Shown here one piece after another: positions 18,258 through 27,264 of a DNA stretch of 64,000 nucleotides. The position numbers were made by a program, and so were the translations under genes. Origin of the DNA: Phycisphaerae bacterium. GTDB lineage: Bacteria > Planctomycetota > Phycisphaerae > UBA1845 > Fen-1342. The notes beneath the pieces are model-generated. The model was not told the origin of the DNA. It made no database searches and saw nothing but the letters and a program-made list of their open reading frames with translations. The stretch is from the NCBI GenBank assembly GCA_050115495.1, contig JASFQK010000031.1, positions 19,113-83,112 of the forward strand, read 5' to 3'. Every line of letters starts with the position of its first letter. Position 1 is the first letter of the stretch.

Positions 18258-19145
18258 CTGAAAATAAACGATTTACATACAATCTGCATCGTCGGCCCCG
18301 GCCTCATGGGCGGCTCGGTCGGGCTGGCCCTCCAGGCGGCGGGCTACCGCGGGCAGCTCGTCGCCCTGGCCCGTGATCCCAGCGACGCCGAGGCCGCCGT
18401 CGGGGCCGGCGCCGTCCACGAGGGCTTCACGCGGGTCGAGGACCTGCCCGCCGGGATCCAGCTCTTCTGTCTGGCCGTGCCGCTGTCGGCGATGCCCCAG
18501 GTTCTCCGGCAGCTCGCCCCACGGCTCACCGACGCCGAAGTTATCGTGACCGACGTCGGCAGCGTGAAGGTCCCCGTCGTGACCGCCGCCGCCGGCATCA
18601 TGCCCCACCCCGGCAACTACGTCGGGGCCCATCCGATGGCGGGATTCCGCCAACGCGGCGTGACCTTCGCCCGGGCGGACCTTTTCCACGGCGTACACGT
18701 GATCCTGACGCCGGTGTCCGCGACACACAAGCGAGCCCTGGAAGTAATACGCTCGATGTGGAGCATCGTTCACGGCCACGTGACCACGATGTCGCCCGTC
18801 CAGCACGACGAGCTCATCGCCCGCGTCAGCCACCTGCCGCACGTGTCGGCCGCCCTGCTGCTGCTGGAGGCGGCCCGCGAGGAGGGGCTGAGTGTCGCCG
18901 GCACCGGCCTGCTCGACGTGACCCGCGTCGCCAGCCGGGACGCCTGGCTCTGGCAGGACATCCTCGTCTCGAACCGCGAGCAGGTCCGCGAGGCCATCGG
19001 CCGGCTGATCGAGGATCTCCGGCGGGTGGATACGTGGCTTGAGCGACACGAGGACGGTAATATCGGGCGTCTGCTGCAGCGCGCAGCCCAGATCCGCGAC
19101 GAGTGGGTGGCGAGCAAGTTCGAGCACCCCGACTGGATCGACTAA
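18258..19145 (+). CDS. tyrA: Prephenate/arogenate dehydrogenase (TyrA family); start uncertain
   Basis: DVGSVK; GAHPMAG; HDELIARVSHLPH. The Rossmann motif ICIVGPGLMGGS begins upstream of the ATG at 18306, so the true start lies earlier (CTG at 18258 is in frame). Confidence 0.85.
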   Translation: MKINDLHTICIVGPGLMGGSVGLALQAAGYRGQLVALARDPSDAEAAVGAGAVHEGFTRVEDLPAGIQLFCLAVPLSAMPQVLRQLAPRLTDAEVIVTDVGSVKVPVVTAAAGIMPHPGNYVGAHPMAGFRQRGVTFARADLFHGVHVILTPVSATHKRALEVIRSMWSIVHGHVTTMSPVQHDELIARVSHLPHVSAALLLLEAAREEGLSVAGTGLLDVTRVASRDAWLWQDILVSNREQVREAIGRLIEDLRRVDTWLERHEDGNIGRLLQRAAQIRDEWVASKFEHPDWID

Positions 19146-19172
19146 GGCCCGAACCCCGGACCCGGATTCCAC

Positions 19173-22145
19173 ATGAGTGTCTATTGCATTGAGGTATCGC
19201 CCCGCGACCGCCAGGGTCGGCCGGTCGCCGACCAGACCGTCCTGGCCCGGCTGCATGAGGCAGGACTGTCGGCGGTCGAACAAGCCCGGACCGTCCGCCT
19301 GTTCTTCGTCGAAGGCGGCCTCACCCGCCGACAGGCCGAGCACATCGCCACCGACCTGCTGACCGACCCGGTCACCGAGTCGGCCGCGATCCGCGACGAG
19401 CACCAACCGCACGAGCCCGAGGCCGGCGCCGTCGAGATCGAAGTGCACCCCCGCCCCGGCGTGATGGACCCCGTCGCCGAGAGCACGCTCGCCGAATTGC
19501 GGGCCGAGAGCCTGCCGGTCGACGTCGTTCGCACCGGCCGCCGGCACGTTGTGCGCGGGCCGGTTCAGCCGGCGGACGTGCTGGCCACGGCGGCCCGCAC
19601 GCTCGCCAACGACTGCATCGAGCAGACCGTGCTCGGCACCGCCGGCGTGCATCCGGCCCCGAAGCCGCCCGTCTTCCGCTTCGAGCTGCGGCATGTGTCC
19701 ATTCGCACCCTGGACGACGGCGGCCTCGAACGGCTCTCGCGCGAAGGACACCTCTTCCTCTCGCTCGACGAGATGCGCACGGTACAGGCCCACTTCCGCG
19801 ACCTGGACCGCGACCCGACCGACCTCGAATTGGAGACGCTCGCCCAAACCTGGTCCGAGCACTGCGTGCACAAAACGCTGCGCAGCGCCATCGCCTATCG
19901 CGGCGCCGCCTTCCCCGCCGACGGTTCGCCCAATCCGCAACAGCCGATCGAGCGCCGCTACGGCAACCTGCTGAAGGAGACGATCGCCCGGGCGACGGAG
20001 GAGCTGATCGCCGAAGGCCGCGGCCCCGAGTGCCTCTCCGTCTTCCAGGACAACGCCGGCATCATCCGCTTCGACGATGAATACGGCGTCGCCTTCAAGG
20101 TCGAGACGCACAACCACCCGTCGGCCATCGAGCCCTACGGCGGTGCAGCCACCGGCATCGGCGGGTGCATCCGCGACGTGCTGGGCTGCGGACTCGGCGC
20201 GAAACCGATCGCCAACACCGACATCTTCTGCGTCGCCGGCTCCGACTGGCCGCTCGACCGATTGCCCAAGGGCGTGCTGCATCCGCGCCGCGTGCTGCGC
20301 GGCATCGTCAAGGGCGTCGCCGACTACGGCAACCGCATGGGCATCCCCACGGTCAACGGCGCCGTCTGCTTCGACCCGCGCTACCTGGGCAACCCGCTCG
20401 TCTATTGCGGCTGCGTCGGACTCATACCGGCGGCGATGGTCACGAAGGCCGCCTGCCCGGATGACCTTATCCTGCTCATCGGCGGGCGCACCGGCCGCGA
20501 CGGCATTCACGGCGCCACGTTCTCGTCGGCTGAATTGACCGACGCCCACGCCGACGAATTCTCGCACGCCGTGCAGATCGGTAACGCCATCACCGAGAAG
20601 CGCATCCTCGACGCGATCCTGCGAGCCCGCGACGAGGCCGGCGGCTGTTTGTACAGCGCCATCACCGATTGCGGCGCCGGCGGCCTGAGCAGCGCCGTCG
20701 GCGAGATGGGCGCCGAGATCGGCGCGACCGTCGAACTCGAGCGCGTGCCGCTGAAATACGCCGGTCTGCGCTACGACGAGATCTGGATCAGCGAAGCGCA
20801 GGAACGCATGGTTCTCGCCGTTCCGCCGGCGAACCTCCCGCGCGTGCTCGAAATCATGCAGGAAGAAGAGGTCGAGGCCACCGTCATCGGTACGTTCGGC
20901 ACTGGCGGCGGCGCGCGGCTCATCGTCCGTTACGAAGGTCACATCGTCGGCGACATCGACATGCCCTTCCTGCACGACGGCCTGCCCCGCAGCGAACGCC
21001 GGGCCGAGTGGCAGCCGACCGGTGAGCTCCGTACGCCGCGAGCGCCGACGCCAGCGGACCCCGCCGCATTGCTCGCTGCGCTGCGACATGAGCTATCCCG
21101 GCCGGTCGTCGCCGTCAAAGAGTGGATCATCCGGCGGTACGATCACGAAGTGCAGGGCGGCAGTGCGGTCAAGCCGCTAGGCGGCCCGGGCCAGGGACCC
21201 GGCGATGCGGCGGTCGTGCGGCCGCGTCTCGATACGCACCGCGCTATCGCCCTCGGCTGCGGTATCACGCCGCAACTTGGCGACGTCGATCCGTACTGGA
21301 TGGCCGTTGCCGCCATCGATGAGGCCGTGCGCAACGTCGTCGCCGTCGGCGGAGATCCGCGGCAAACGGCCATTCTGGACAACTTCTGCTGGGGCCGGAG
21401 CGACGACCCGCAGCAGCTCGGCCGGCTCGTGCGCGCCTGCCAGGCCTGCTACGACGTCGCGAAGGCGTACGGCGTGCCGTTCGTCTCGGGCAAGGACTCG
21501 CTGAACAACGAGTTCGCCCTGGACGAGGCCGACGTCGAACCGCTGCTCGAAACGCTGCGCGCGATCGCCGCCGGCGAGGCCACCGACGCGGCCCGGCTGC
21601 GCGACATTCTGCCCGAGCTCGAAGCGCACATCCGCCGGACGAAACGCCTGGCCATTCCGGCCACGCTGCTGATCAGCGCGATGAGCATCGTGCCGGATGC
21701 GCGGCGTTGCGTGACGTCCGATCTGAGGACCGCGGGCGATGTGCTCTACCTCGTCGGCGGACTACCGGTCATCGGGATGTCGCTCACCGCTGCAGCCGCG
21801 GTGCACGCCGCCGTGGCCGAGGCGATTCAGCAAGGACTTATCGTCGCCTGTCACGACGTCAGCGACGGTGGCTGGCTGACGGCGGCGGCGGAAATGGCCA
21901 TCGCGGGCGATCGAGGATTGCGGCTGACCGACGCACCGGCTAACGAAGATCTGCCGCCGTTCGGTGAGCTCTGCGCCGCGTACGTTGTGGAGACGGCCCG
22001 AGCAGCCGACCTGCGACGGCTGTTCGAATCGCACGGCGTGCGGCTCGTCGAGCTGGGCGAGGTCGTCGCCGGCGGCGAGCTCACCGTCGGGACGGCGCGC
22101 ACAAGGGTGCACGAGCTGCGGGCGGCGTGGCGATCGGCGAAGTGA
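19173..22145 (+). CDS. purL: Phosphoribosylformylglycinamidine synthase subunit PurL (with N-terminal PurS-like region)
   Basis: AQTWSEHCVHK; FKVETHNHPSAIEPYGGAATG; GRTGRDGIHGA; DCGAGGL; SEAQERM; HDVSDGG. Confidence 0.96.
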   Translation: MSVYCIEVSPRDRQGRPVADQTVLARLHEAGLSAVEQARTVRLFFVEGGLTRRQAEHIATDLLTDPVTESAAIRDEHQPHEPEAGAVEIEVHPRPGVMDPVAESTLAELRAESLPVDVVRTGRRHVVRGPVQPADVLATAARTLANDCIEQTVLGTAGVHPAPKPPVFRFELRHVSIRTLDDGGLERLSREGHLFLSLDEMRTVQAHFRDLDRDPTDLELETLAQTWSEHCVHKTLRSAIAYRGAAFPADGSPNPQQPIERRYGNLLKETIARATEELIAEGRGPECLSVFQDNAGIIRFDDEYGVAFKVETHNHPSAIEPYGGAATGIGGCIRDVLGCGLGAKPIANTDIFCVAGSDWPLDRLPKGVLHPRRVLRGIVKGVADYGNRMGIPTVNGAVCFDPRYLGNPLVYCGCVGLIPAAMVTKAACPDDLILLIGGRTGRDGIHGATFSSAELTDAHADEFSHAVQIGNAITEKRILDAILRARDEAGGCLYSAITDCGAGGLSSAVGEMGAEIGATVELERVPLKYAGLRYDEIWISEAQERMVLAVPPANLPRVLEIMQEEEVEATVIGTFGTGGGARLIVRYEGHIVGDIDMPFLHDGLPRSERRAEWQPTGELRTPRAPTPADPAALLAALRHELSRPVVAVKEWIIRRYDHEVQGGSAVKPLGGPGQGPGDAAVVRPRLDTHRAIALGCGITPQLGDVDPYWMAVAAIDEAVRNVVAVGGDPRQTAILDNFCWGRSDDPQQLGRLVRACQACYDVAKAYGVPFVSGKDSLNNEFALDEADVEPLLETLRAIAAGEATDAARLRDILPELEAHIRRTKRLAIPATLLISAMSIVPDARRCVTSDLRTAGDVLYLVGGLPVIGMSLTAAAAVHAAVAEAIQQGLIVACHDVSDGGWLTAAAEMAIAGDRGLRLTDAPANEDLPPFGELCAAYVVETARAADLRRLFESHGVRLVELGEVVAGGELTVGTARTRVHELRAAWRSAK

Positions 22146-22146
22146 G

Positions 22147-22350
22147 TCAGATCAGCGGCGGTTCGTCGTCGGCGTCGGCCGGCGGCGCGACGTCGTGGCC
22201 GGCGGCGCGGCGATCGCGGGCCGCCCATTCCTGGTCGATCCAGTAGAGCAGCGCGACGCCGAGACCGATGGTGAGGAGTGCCCCGCCGGCTACCCAGAGC
22301 TGCTCGTTCAGCGTCGCAGCCAGAAGCGGGAGGCGTTCGATCGGGATCAT
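22147..22350 (-). CDS. Small single-TM membrane protein
   Basis: Hydrophobic LWVAGGALLTIGLGVALLYWI followed by an acidic tail; fills the gap convergent to purL. Confidence 0.5.
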   Translation of the reverse strand: MIPIERLPLLAATLNEQLWVAGGALLTIGLGVALLYWIDQEWAARDRRAAGHDVAPPADADDEPPLI

Positions 22351-22429
22351 GCGGGTACTTTACCCGCGGGCGAGGTGAAATAGAATGCGCATGCGGGCGG
22401 CTGCCGCCCGTCAGTGAGGATCCCGCTTC

Positions 22430-22987
22430 ATGAATGAGGGCACACCGCCAGCATCTCCCGGAACCGCCGCCGACCGCGCCGCCTGGCGAGCCATGGCCGA
22501 ACGCCGCTGGCGCGTCTGGATCAACATCTGCGTCTTCGTCCTGGCCACGGCGCTGATCCTCGTGCTGTCCATGGCGCAGCGGGACCACCAGTCGGTGCAG
22601 ACCTGCTTCGAGCGAATGGATTACATACGGCAACAGCTCGAGGGGTTGCTCGGCAAGGGCGAGGTCGCCCCGCGCCATCTGCCCCTGCCCGAAGTCGAGC
22701 CGCCCCCCAGTGATGCCTCCCTCGATGAGCGCGAGCGGTACGAGGAAGAGGTCTTGAGCCGCCGTGAGCACTACTTCTACAACACACGCTACGGTGCCGC
22801 CGCCGCGACGCCCGACGCACCCACCGGTGTCTGCTGCTGCAAGGCCCCCCACAGGCTGTACCTGCGCGAAGACGGGCGGCACGTTATCATCTTTGATGGA
22901 GAGCAATACGAGCTCATCTGGCTCACCGAGTCCGAGTTCCGCCGCCGGGAGAAGGCGCTCGGCTTCGACCTGCCCACCGCCCCTTAA
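22430..22987 (+). CDS. Hypothetical membrane-anchored protein
   Basis: N-terminal TM VWINICVFVLATALILVLSMA; co-oriented with ribF. Confidence 0.7.
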   Translation: MNEGTPPASPGTAADRAAWRAMAERRWRVWINICVFVLATALILVLSMAQRDHQSVQTCFERMDYIRQQLEGLLGKGEVAPRHLPLPEVEPPPSDASLDERERYEEEVLSRREHYFYNTRYGAAAATPDAPTGVCCCKAPHRLYLREDGRHVIIFDGEQYELIWLTESEFRRREKALGFDLPTAP

Positions 22988-23062
22988 GCGCGGCCCGGGC
23001 CCGAACTGCCAGCGACCACTGCGGCCCTACTCGACCTGCGGAGCCTTCGGATCAACGCGCCT

Positions 23063-24034
23063 ATGGAAGTCTGTCACGGCATCGAATCGTTCACGCCATC
23101 CCGTTACGGCGTCACGCTCACCATCGGCAACTTCGATGGCGTTCACCGCGGTCATCAACGCATCATCGAACGCGCCCGGTCGGCCGCGACGGCGCTCGGC
23201 ACGCCCGTCGTCGCCCTGACGTTCGAGCCGCACCCCGCCGCCGTGCTCAGCCCGCAACGGGCCCCCGCCCGGCTGGTCACCGCCGAGGAGAAGCTGCACC
23301 TGCTGGCCGCGTGCGGCGTGGATGCGTGCGTTGTGGCCCGCAGCACGCCGGAGCTGTTCGCCCAGACAGCCGACGCATTCCTCGCCCTTATCGCCGAACG
23401 CTGCCGGCCGCGGGCCATCGTCGAAGGGCCGGACTTCAACTTCGGCCGGGGTCGCGGCGGCTCGGTGCAGACGCTGCGTGATGCCGCCAGTCGGTACGGC
23501 TACGAGGTGCATGTGGTGGAGACGACAGCCTGCCCCGAGTTGGCAGGCGCACCGCCCGTGCGCAGCTCGGCGATCCGTGCCGCGCTGCGCGAGGGCGGCG
23601 CGGACGTGGCCGCCGCCATGCTCGGCCGACCGCACCGCGTAACCGGTATCGTCGGTCACGGGGCCAGCCGCGGTCGCACACTCGGCTTCCCGACGGCGAA
23701 TCTCGACGCGATCCCCCAACTCCTGCCGGCGGAAGCAGTGTACGCGGCGGCAGCACAGTTGCTGGACGGATCGTGGCGGCCGGCCGCGGTCAACGTCGGA
23801 CCCCAACCCACGTTCGAGCAGTCTCAATCACGCGTCGAGGCGTACCTGCTCGATTGGGATCAGCCGCTCGTGGGACAGAGACTCGGCCTGCACCTGCTCC
23901 GCCGGCTGCGTGGCCAACGCCGGTTCGATGGGCCGCAGGAGCTTATCGAGCAGATCCGCCAGGATGTCACCGAGACCCGGGCGGCGGCGGCTGAGTTTCT
24001 GCGGGTCCCCCCGTCGGTAGTGGCTCCGCTGTAG
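23063..24034 (+). CDS. ribF: Bifunctional riboflavin kinase/FAD synthetase
   Basis: IGNFDGVHRGHQ; TFEPHP; GPDFNFG; SSAIR; GRTLGFPTAN; EAYLLD. Confidence 0.96.
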   Translation: MEVCHGIESFTPSRYGVTLTIGNFDGVHRGHQRIIERARSAATALGTPVVALTFEPHPAAVLSPQRAPARLVTAEEKLHLLAACGVDACVVARSTPELFAQTADAFLALIAERCRPRAIVEGPDFNFGRGRGGSVQTLRDAASRYGYEVHVVETTACPELAGAPPVRSSAIRAALREGGADVAAAMLGRPHRVTGIVGHGASRGRTLGFPTANLDAIPQLLPAEAVYAAAAQLLDGSWRPAAVNVGPQPTFEQSQSRVEAYLLDWDQPLVGQRLGLHLLRRLRGQRRFDGPQELIEQIRQDVTETRAAAAEFLRVPPSVVAPL

Positions 24035-24094
24035 GCTGCTTCCCCGCGCTGCGACCGCTCAGCGGCGCCGCGTCCCTCTTCCTTCCTTTCACGC

Positions 24095-24130
24095 AAATAA
24101 AGAAAGGAGCCGGACTTGCGTCCGGCTCCT
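24095..24130 (-). terminator. Rho-independent terminator of PEP-CTERM paralog A
   Basis: GGAGCCGGAC-GCAA-GTCCGGCTCC followed by TTTCTTTATTT on the minus strand. Confidence 0.85.
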
Positions 24131-24163
24131 GTGAGATTCGGGCTTGCGGATCGCTATGAGAGA

Positions 24164-24946
24164 TTAGCGACGACGCAGAGCCAGACCGGCAAGGCCGAGC
24201 AGCAGCAGGCTGGCCGGCTCAGGAACACAGGTGATCGTCAGGTCGGCGACCGACGAGGTGCCCCAGAAGTCGTTGTTCAGGATGGGGTCATCGCCAGCAC
24301 CGAACTGGACATAGTCGTCGCCAGGGCCGCCAGTCGCACTGGCAATGCCGCCGGGGCCGACCGCGAAGAACAGCTCGTAGGTCTCGCCCGCACAGGGATC
24401 CGGGCAGGTGAAGGTGACTTCGCCGAGCAGGTAGTAGCCGTAGATCCAGTCGTTGTCCATGACCATCATCGTGTCGAGATCACTGCCGAGGGCCAGGAAC
24501 TTGGACGAGGGGACACCAACGCCAACGCCATTGACGTGGTTGTCTTCGAACGGCAGGTAGTAGTCACCGATCGGGTTGACGCCGGGCTGCGCGGTGTCGG
24601 GGAACGGGGAGTTGTCATCCACACTGAGACCGCCGTTCCAGCGATAACGCCAGGCAGCGGGGGCCGTGACAGGGTTCATGTCCGGGTTGTAGTACATGCC
24701 CTCGTAGTCGGCACCGACAAGACCGAGGTCCACACCGAGCCAGGAGTCGCCCATCGAGACGTCAACCTTGGCCCACATGTAGTACGTGACGGACTCGCCG
24801 CACTGCAGCTCGATGCTGGGATTCGTCACGGCAGGCGCGACGTCGAGCGCATCCGTATCGGAGAAGAACACGCCGAGCGTTGCCTGGGCGTTGGCGGCGC
24901 CACAGACGAAGCCCAAGCAGACCAACGCACACAGAAGCTTCCTCAT
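24164..24946 (-). CDS. PEP-CTERM surface protein, paralog A
   Basis: Signal peptide ending ANA; C-terminal VPEPASLLLLGLAGLALRRR; RBS GAAAGGA before the ATG at 24946. Confidence 0.92.
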   Translation of the reverse strand: MRKLLCALVCLGFVCGAANAQATLGVFFSDTDALDVAPAVTNPSIELQCGESVTYYMWAKVDVSMGDSWLGVDLGLVGADYEGMYYNPDMNPVTAPAAWRYRWNGGLSVDDNSPFPDTAQPGVNPIGDYYLPFEDNHVNGVGVGVPSSKFLALGSDLDTMMVMDNDWIYGYYLLGEVTFTCPDPCAGETYELFFAVGPGGIASATGGPGDDYVQFGAGDDPILNNDFWGTSSVADLTITCVPEPASLLLLGLAGLALRRR

Positions 24947-25053
24947 GGTAATTCCTTTCTCCCTCAAAAAAAGAGCCGTTGCAACCTGGAGGACTCCTCC
25001 TCCAAACCGTTTCTAACGAGGTGGGTGCCGCTCACCCTCACTCTCACGAAGCC

Positions 25054-25084
25054 GACTATACCGCGTTGGAATATGCAATGCAAT
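25054..25084 (-). promoter_or_regulatory. Sigma70-like promoter of paralog A (boundaries approximate)
   Basis: Minus strand TTGCAT-17 nt-TATAGT, about 7 nt before the conserved leader. Confidence 0.6.
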
Positions 25085-25287
25085 GGGAGTTTCGCGAAAA
25101 TTCAGTGAACGGCGCTGCCCTTTGAGCCGAGAATGTCCTATAATTACGCGATCAGCAGGCTATCCGACACGAAGTTCGCCCATCCATCCGGCCGTGCTCC
25201 TCGCTGCGTCCATCCCGTCGCCCACGTCCGCCGCGGAGGGTTCTGCGCCCCCCCTGCTTCGCCGGCGCCAGGACGTCACCGCGCACG

Positions 25288-25326
25288 AAAAAGGCAGGGG
25301 CCGGACGAGATCGTCCGGTCCCTGCC
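25288..25326 (-). terminator. Rho-independent terminator of PEP-CTERM paralog B
   Basis: GGCAGGGACCGGACGA..TCGTCCGGCCCCTGCC followed by TTTTT on the minus strand. Confidence 0.85.
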
Positions 25327-25370
25327 GTAGATGTCTAGAGCCGCGAATCTCTCGACTCGCAGTGTACCGC

Positions 25371-26159
25371 TTAGCGGCGACGCAGGGCGAGGCCCGCGAT
25401 GCCGAGCAGCAGCAGGCTGGCCGGCTCAGGGACGCAGTTGATCGTCAGGTCGGCGACCGACGAGGTTCCCCAGTAGTCGTCGTTCAGGATCGGGTCATCG
25501 CCAACGCCAAACTGGATGCTGTCGTCGCCAGGGCCGCCAGTCGCACTGGCAATGCCGCCGGGGCCAACGGCCAGGAAGATCTCGTACGACTCGCCACCGC
25601 ACGGATCCGGGCAGGTGAAGGTGGCTTCGCCGAGCAGGTAGTAGCCGTAGATCCAGTCGTTGTCCATGACCATCATCGTGTCGAGGTCACTGCCGAGAGC
25701 CAGGAACTTGGACGAGGGGACGCCAACGCCAACGCCGTTGACGTGGTTGTCTTCGAACGGCAGGTAGTAGTCGCCGATCGGGTTGACGCCGGGCTGCGCG
25801 GTGTCGGGGAACTCGGAGTTGTCATCCACACTGAGACCGCCGTTCCAGCGATAACGCCAGGCAGCGGGGGCCGTGACAGGGTTCATGTCCGGGTTGTAGT
25901 ACATGCCCTCGAAACCGATGGTGTCCACGCCGGAGATACCGAGGTCGACACCCAGCCACGAGTCACCCATCGAGACGTCAACCTTCGCCCAGATGTACAC
26001 GGTCTCGGACTCACCGCAGTTCAGCGTGAGCTCCGGGTTCGAGGCGGTCGGCGCCGCGGCGAGATCGTCCGTGGTCGAGAAGAACAGGCCGAGCTCCGTG
26101 GCATTCGCCATCGTCGCAGCCAGGCCAACACACAGAATCGCACAAGCAAGCTTCTTCAT
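25371..26159 (-). CDS. PEP-CTERM surface protein, paralog B
   Basis: Signal peptide; C-terminal VPEPASLLLLGIAGLALRRR; 95-aa core nearly identical to paralog A. Confidence 0.92.
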   Translation of the reverse strand: MKKLACAILCVGLAATMANATELGLFFSTTDDLAAAPTASNPELTLNCGESETVYIWAKVDVSMGDSWLGVDLGISGVDTIGFEGMYYNPDMNPVTAPAAWRYRWNGGLSVDDNSEFPDTAQPGVNPIGDYYLPFEDNHVNGVGVGVPSSKFLALGSDLDTMMVMDNDWIYGYYLLGEATFTCPDPCGGESYEIFLAVGPGGIASATGGPGDDSIQFGVGDDPILNDDYWGTSSVADLTINCVPEPASLLLLGIAGLALRRR

Positions 26160-26477
26160 GGTGTTTCCTTTCTCCCTCTAAAAAGAGTTCCGTCAATTAC
26201 AATGGAGATATTCTGCTCCACACGTTCTACGAGGTGGGTGCCACACACCCAAGCTCTCACGACGCCATTTTCTATGCCCCTCAAATCGCCGAAGGCAAAC
26301 GTGAAAAAGAAAAACCGGACCAAATGGCGGGAAGATCGCCGCGCGGCGACGGCTGATAAGAAATGCTCGCAGTTCTGCGGTGGTTTGCCCCCCCGCCTCA
26401 ACCACTCCCGGTACCGGCCAAACGCCCCTGCCGCCGGCTCCCTGGCGTGGCAATCCGATAACGCGAACCCGCCCCGC

Positions 26478-27260
26478 TCAGTCCAAATCAAACAGGCTGT
26501 TGTCGTCGTCGCGGCCGAACCAGCCCACGTCGCAGGTTCCCGGATCGCCGGGGTACAAGCCACTGCGCCAGGTGAACGTCATCTGCCGGCGATCGACGTG
26601 CCCGTCGGCCCACGCTACGTTCGCCCATCGACGATGTCGGAAATGAACGGACGGATCGGCCCGCGTCCCATACACCGGGAAGTACCGTGGCTCGGCGAAG
26701 CTGTACTCCACGGGTTCGCCGCTGACGAAGGCGCTGTCCGCGAACATCAACGTCGCCTCCGGATGACGGACGGCGTCAACGCGTGCGCCATGCAGGTCGG
26801 TGACGACGCGACACAGCCCGGAGGCGTCACTGTCCAGCTCACGGCCCAGGTAGGCCAGGTTGTACCCGTACCCCCCGCAGTTGCGCTCGAAGCCTCGCGT
26901 GCCGTCCGAGGGCCGGCCGCCAGGCAGGCCCGGACAGGCCCGGATGCGGCCTTCGGGCCCCAAATATGGTGTTAAGGGACCGCCGGCGCTGGTGAATGGC
27001 TCGCTCGGCCGCTGTCGCGTGCCGTGCCAACGATGCAGATTGCGGGTCACGAAGTTGGCCGCGCCAGGGCAGTAACGATACTCATGGTCGCCGGCGTAGA
27101 GGGCGTTGGCCAGGGCGATCTCGCGGAGGTGGGTGCCGCACACGGCCGTCTGCGCCTGCGCCCGGGCGTGTTGCAGCCCGGGCAGCAGAACGCTCAGCAG
27201 TACCGCCAGGATGGCGACGACGACCAGCAGCTCCACGAGACTGAATGCCCGCCGGCGCAC
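26478..27260 (-). CDS. Prepilin-type N-terminal cleavage/methylation protein with H-X9-DG motif (DUF1559-like pseudopilin)
   Basis: RRAFSLVELLVVVAILAVLLSVLLPGLQHARAQA...C..HLREI; C-terminal RHRRWANVAWADGHV; GGAGGA RBS. Confidence 0.92.
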   Translation of the reverse strand: MRRRAFSLVELLVVVAILAVLLSVLLPGLQHARAQAQTAVCGTHLREIALANALYAGDHEYRYCPGAANFVTRNLHRWHGTRQRPSEPFTSAGGPLTPYLGPEGRIRACPGLPGGRPSDGTRGFERNCGGYGYNLAYLGRELDSDASGLCRVVTDLHGARVDAVRHPEATLMFADSAFVSGEPVEYSFAEPRYFPVYGTRADPSVHFRHRRWANVAWADGHVDRRQMTFTWRSGLYPGDPGTCDVGWFGRDDDNSLFDLD

Positions 27261-27264
27261 GCGT

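Noticed and set aside
18273..21089. 938-aa minus-strand ORF and similar long antisense ORFs (6444-8621, 10610-12505, 25083-26975, 32864-34783, 37474-39582, 43413-45110, 48837-50990)
   Set aside because: Shadow frames opposite well-supported genes; high GC makes stops rare, and they carry no recognisable motifs.
24164..26159. Twin near-identical segments as a diversity-generating retroelement TR/VR pair
   Set aside because: The differences I checked are mostly synonymous T/C, not adenine-specific; both copies are full genes; no reverse transcriptase is in the window.
26228..26243. TGGCACCCACCTCGTA (and CGGCACCCACCTCGTT in paralog A) as sigma54 promoters
   Set aside because: The -12 position reads GT rather than GC, and the motif lies just downstream of a sigma70-like promoter, inside the predicted leader.
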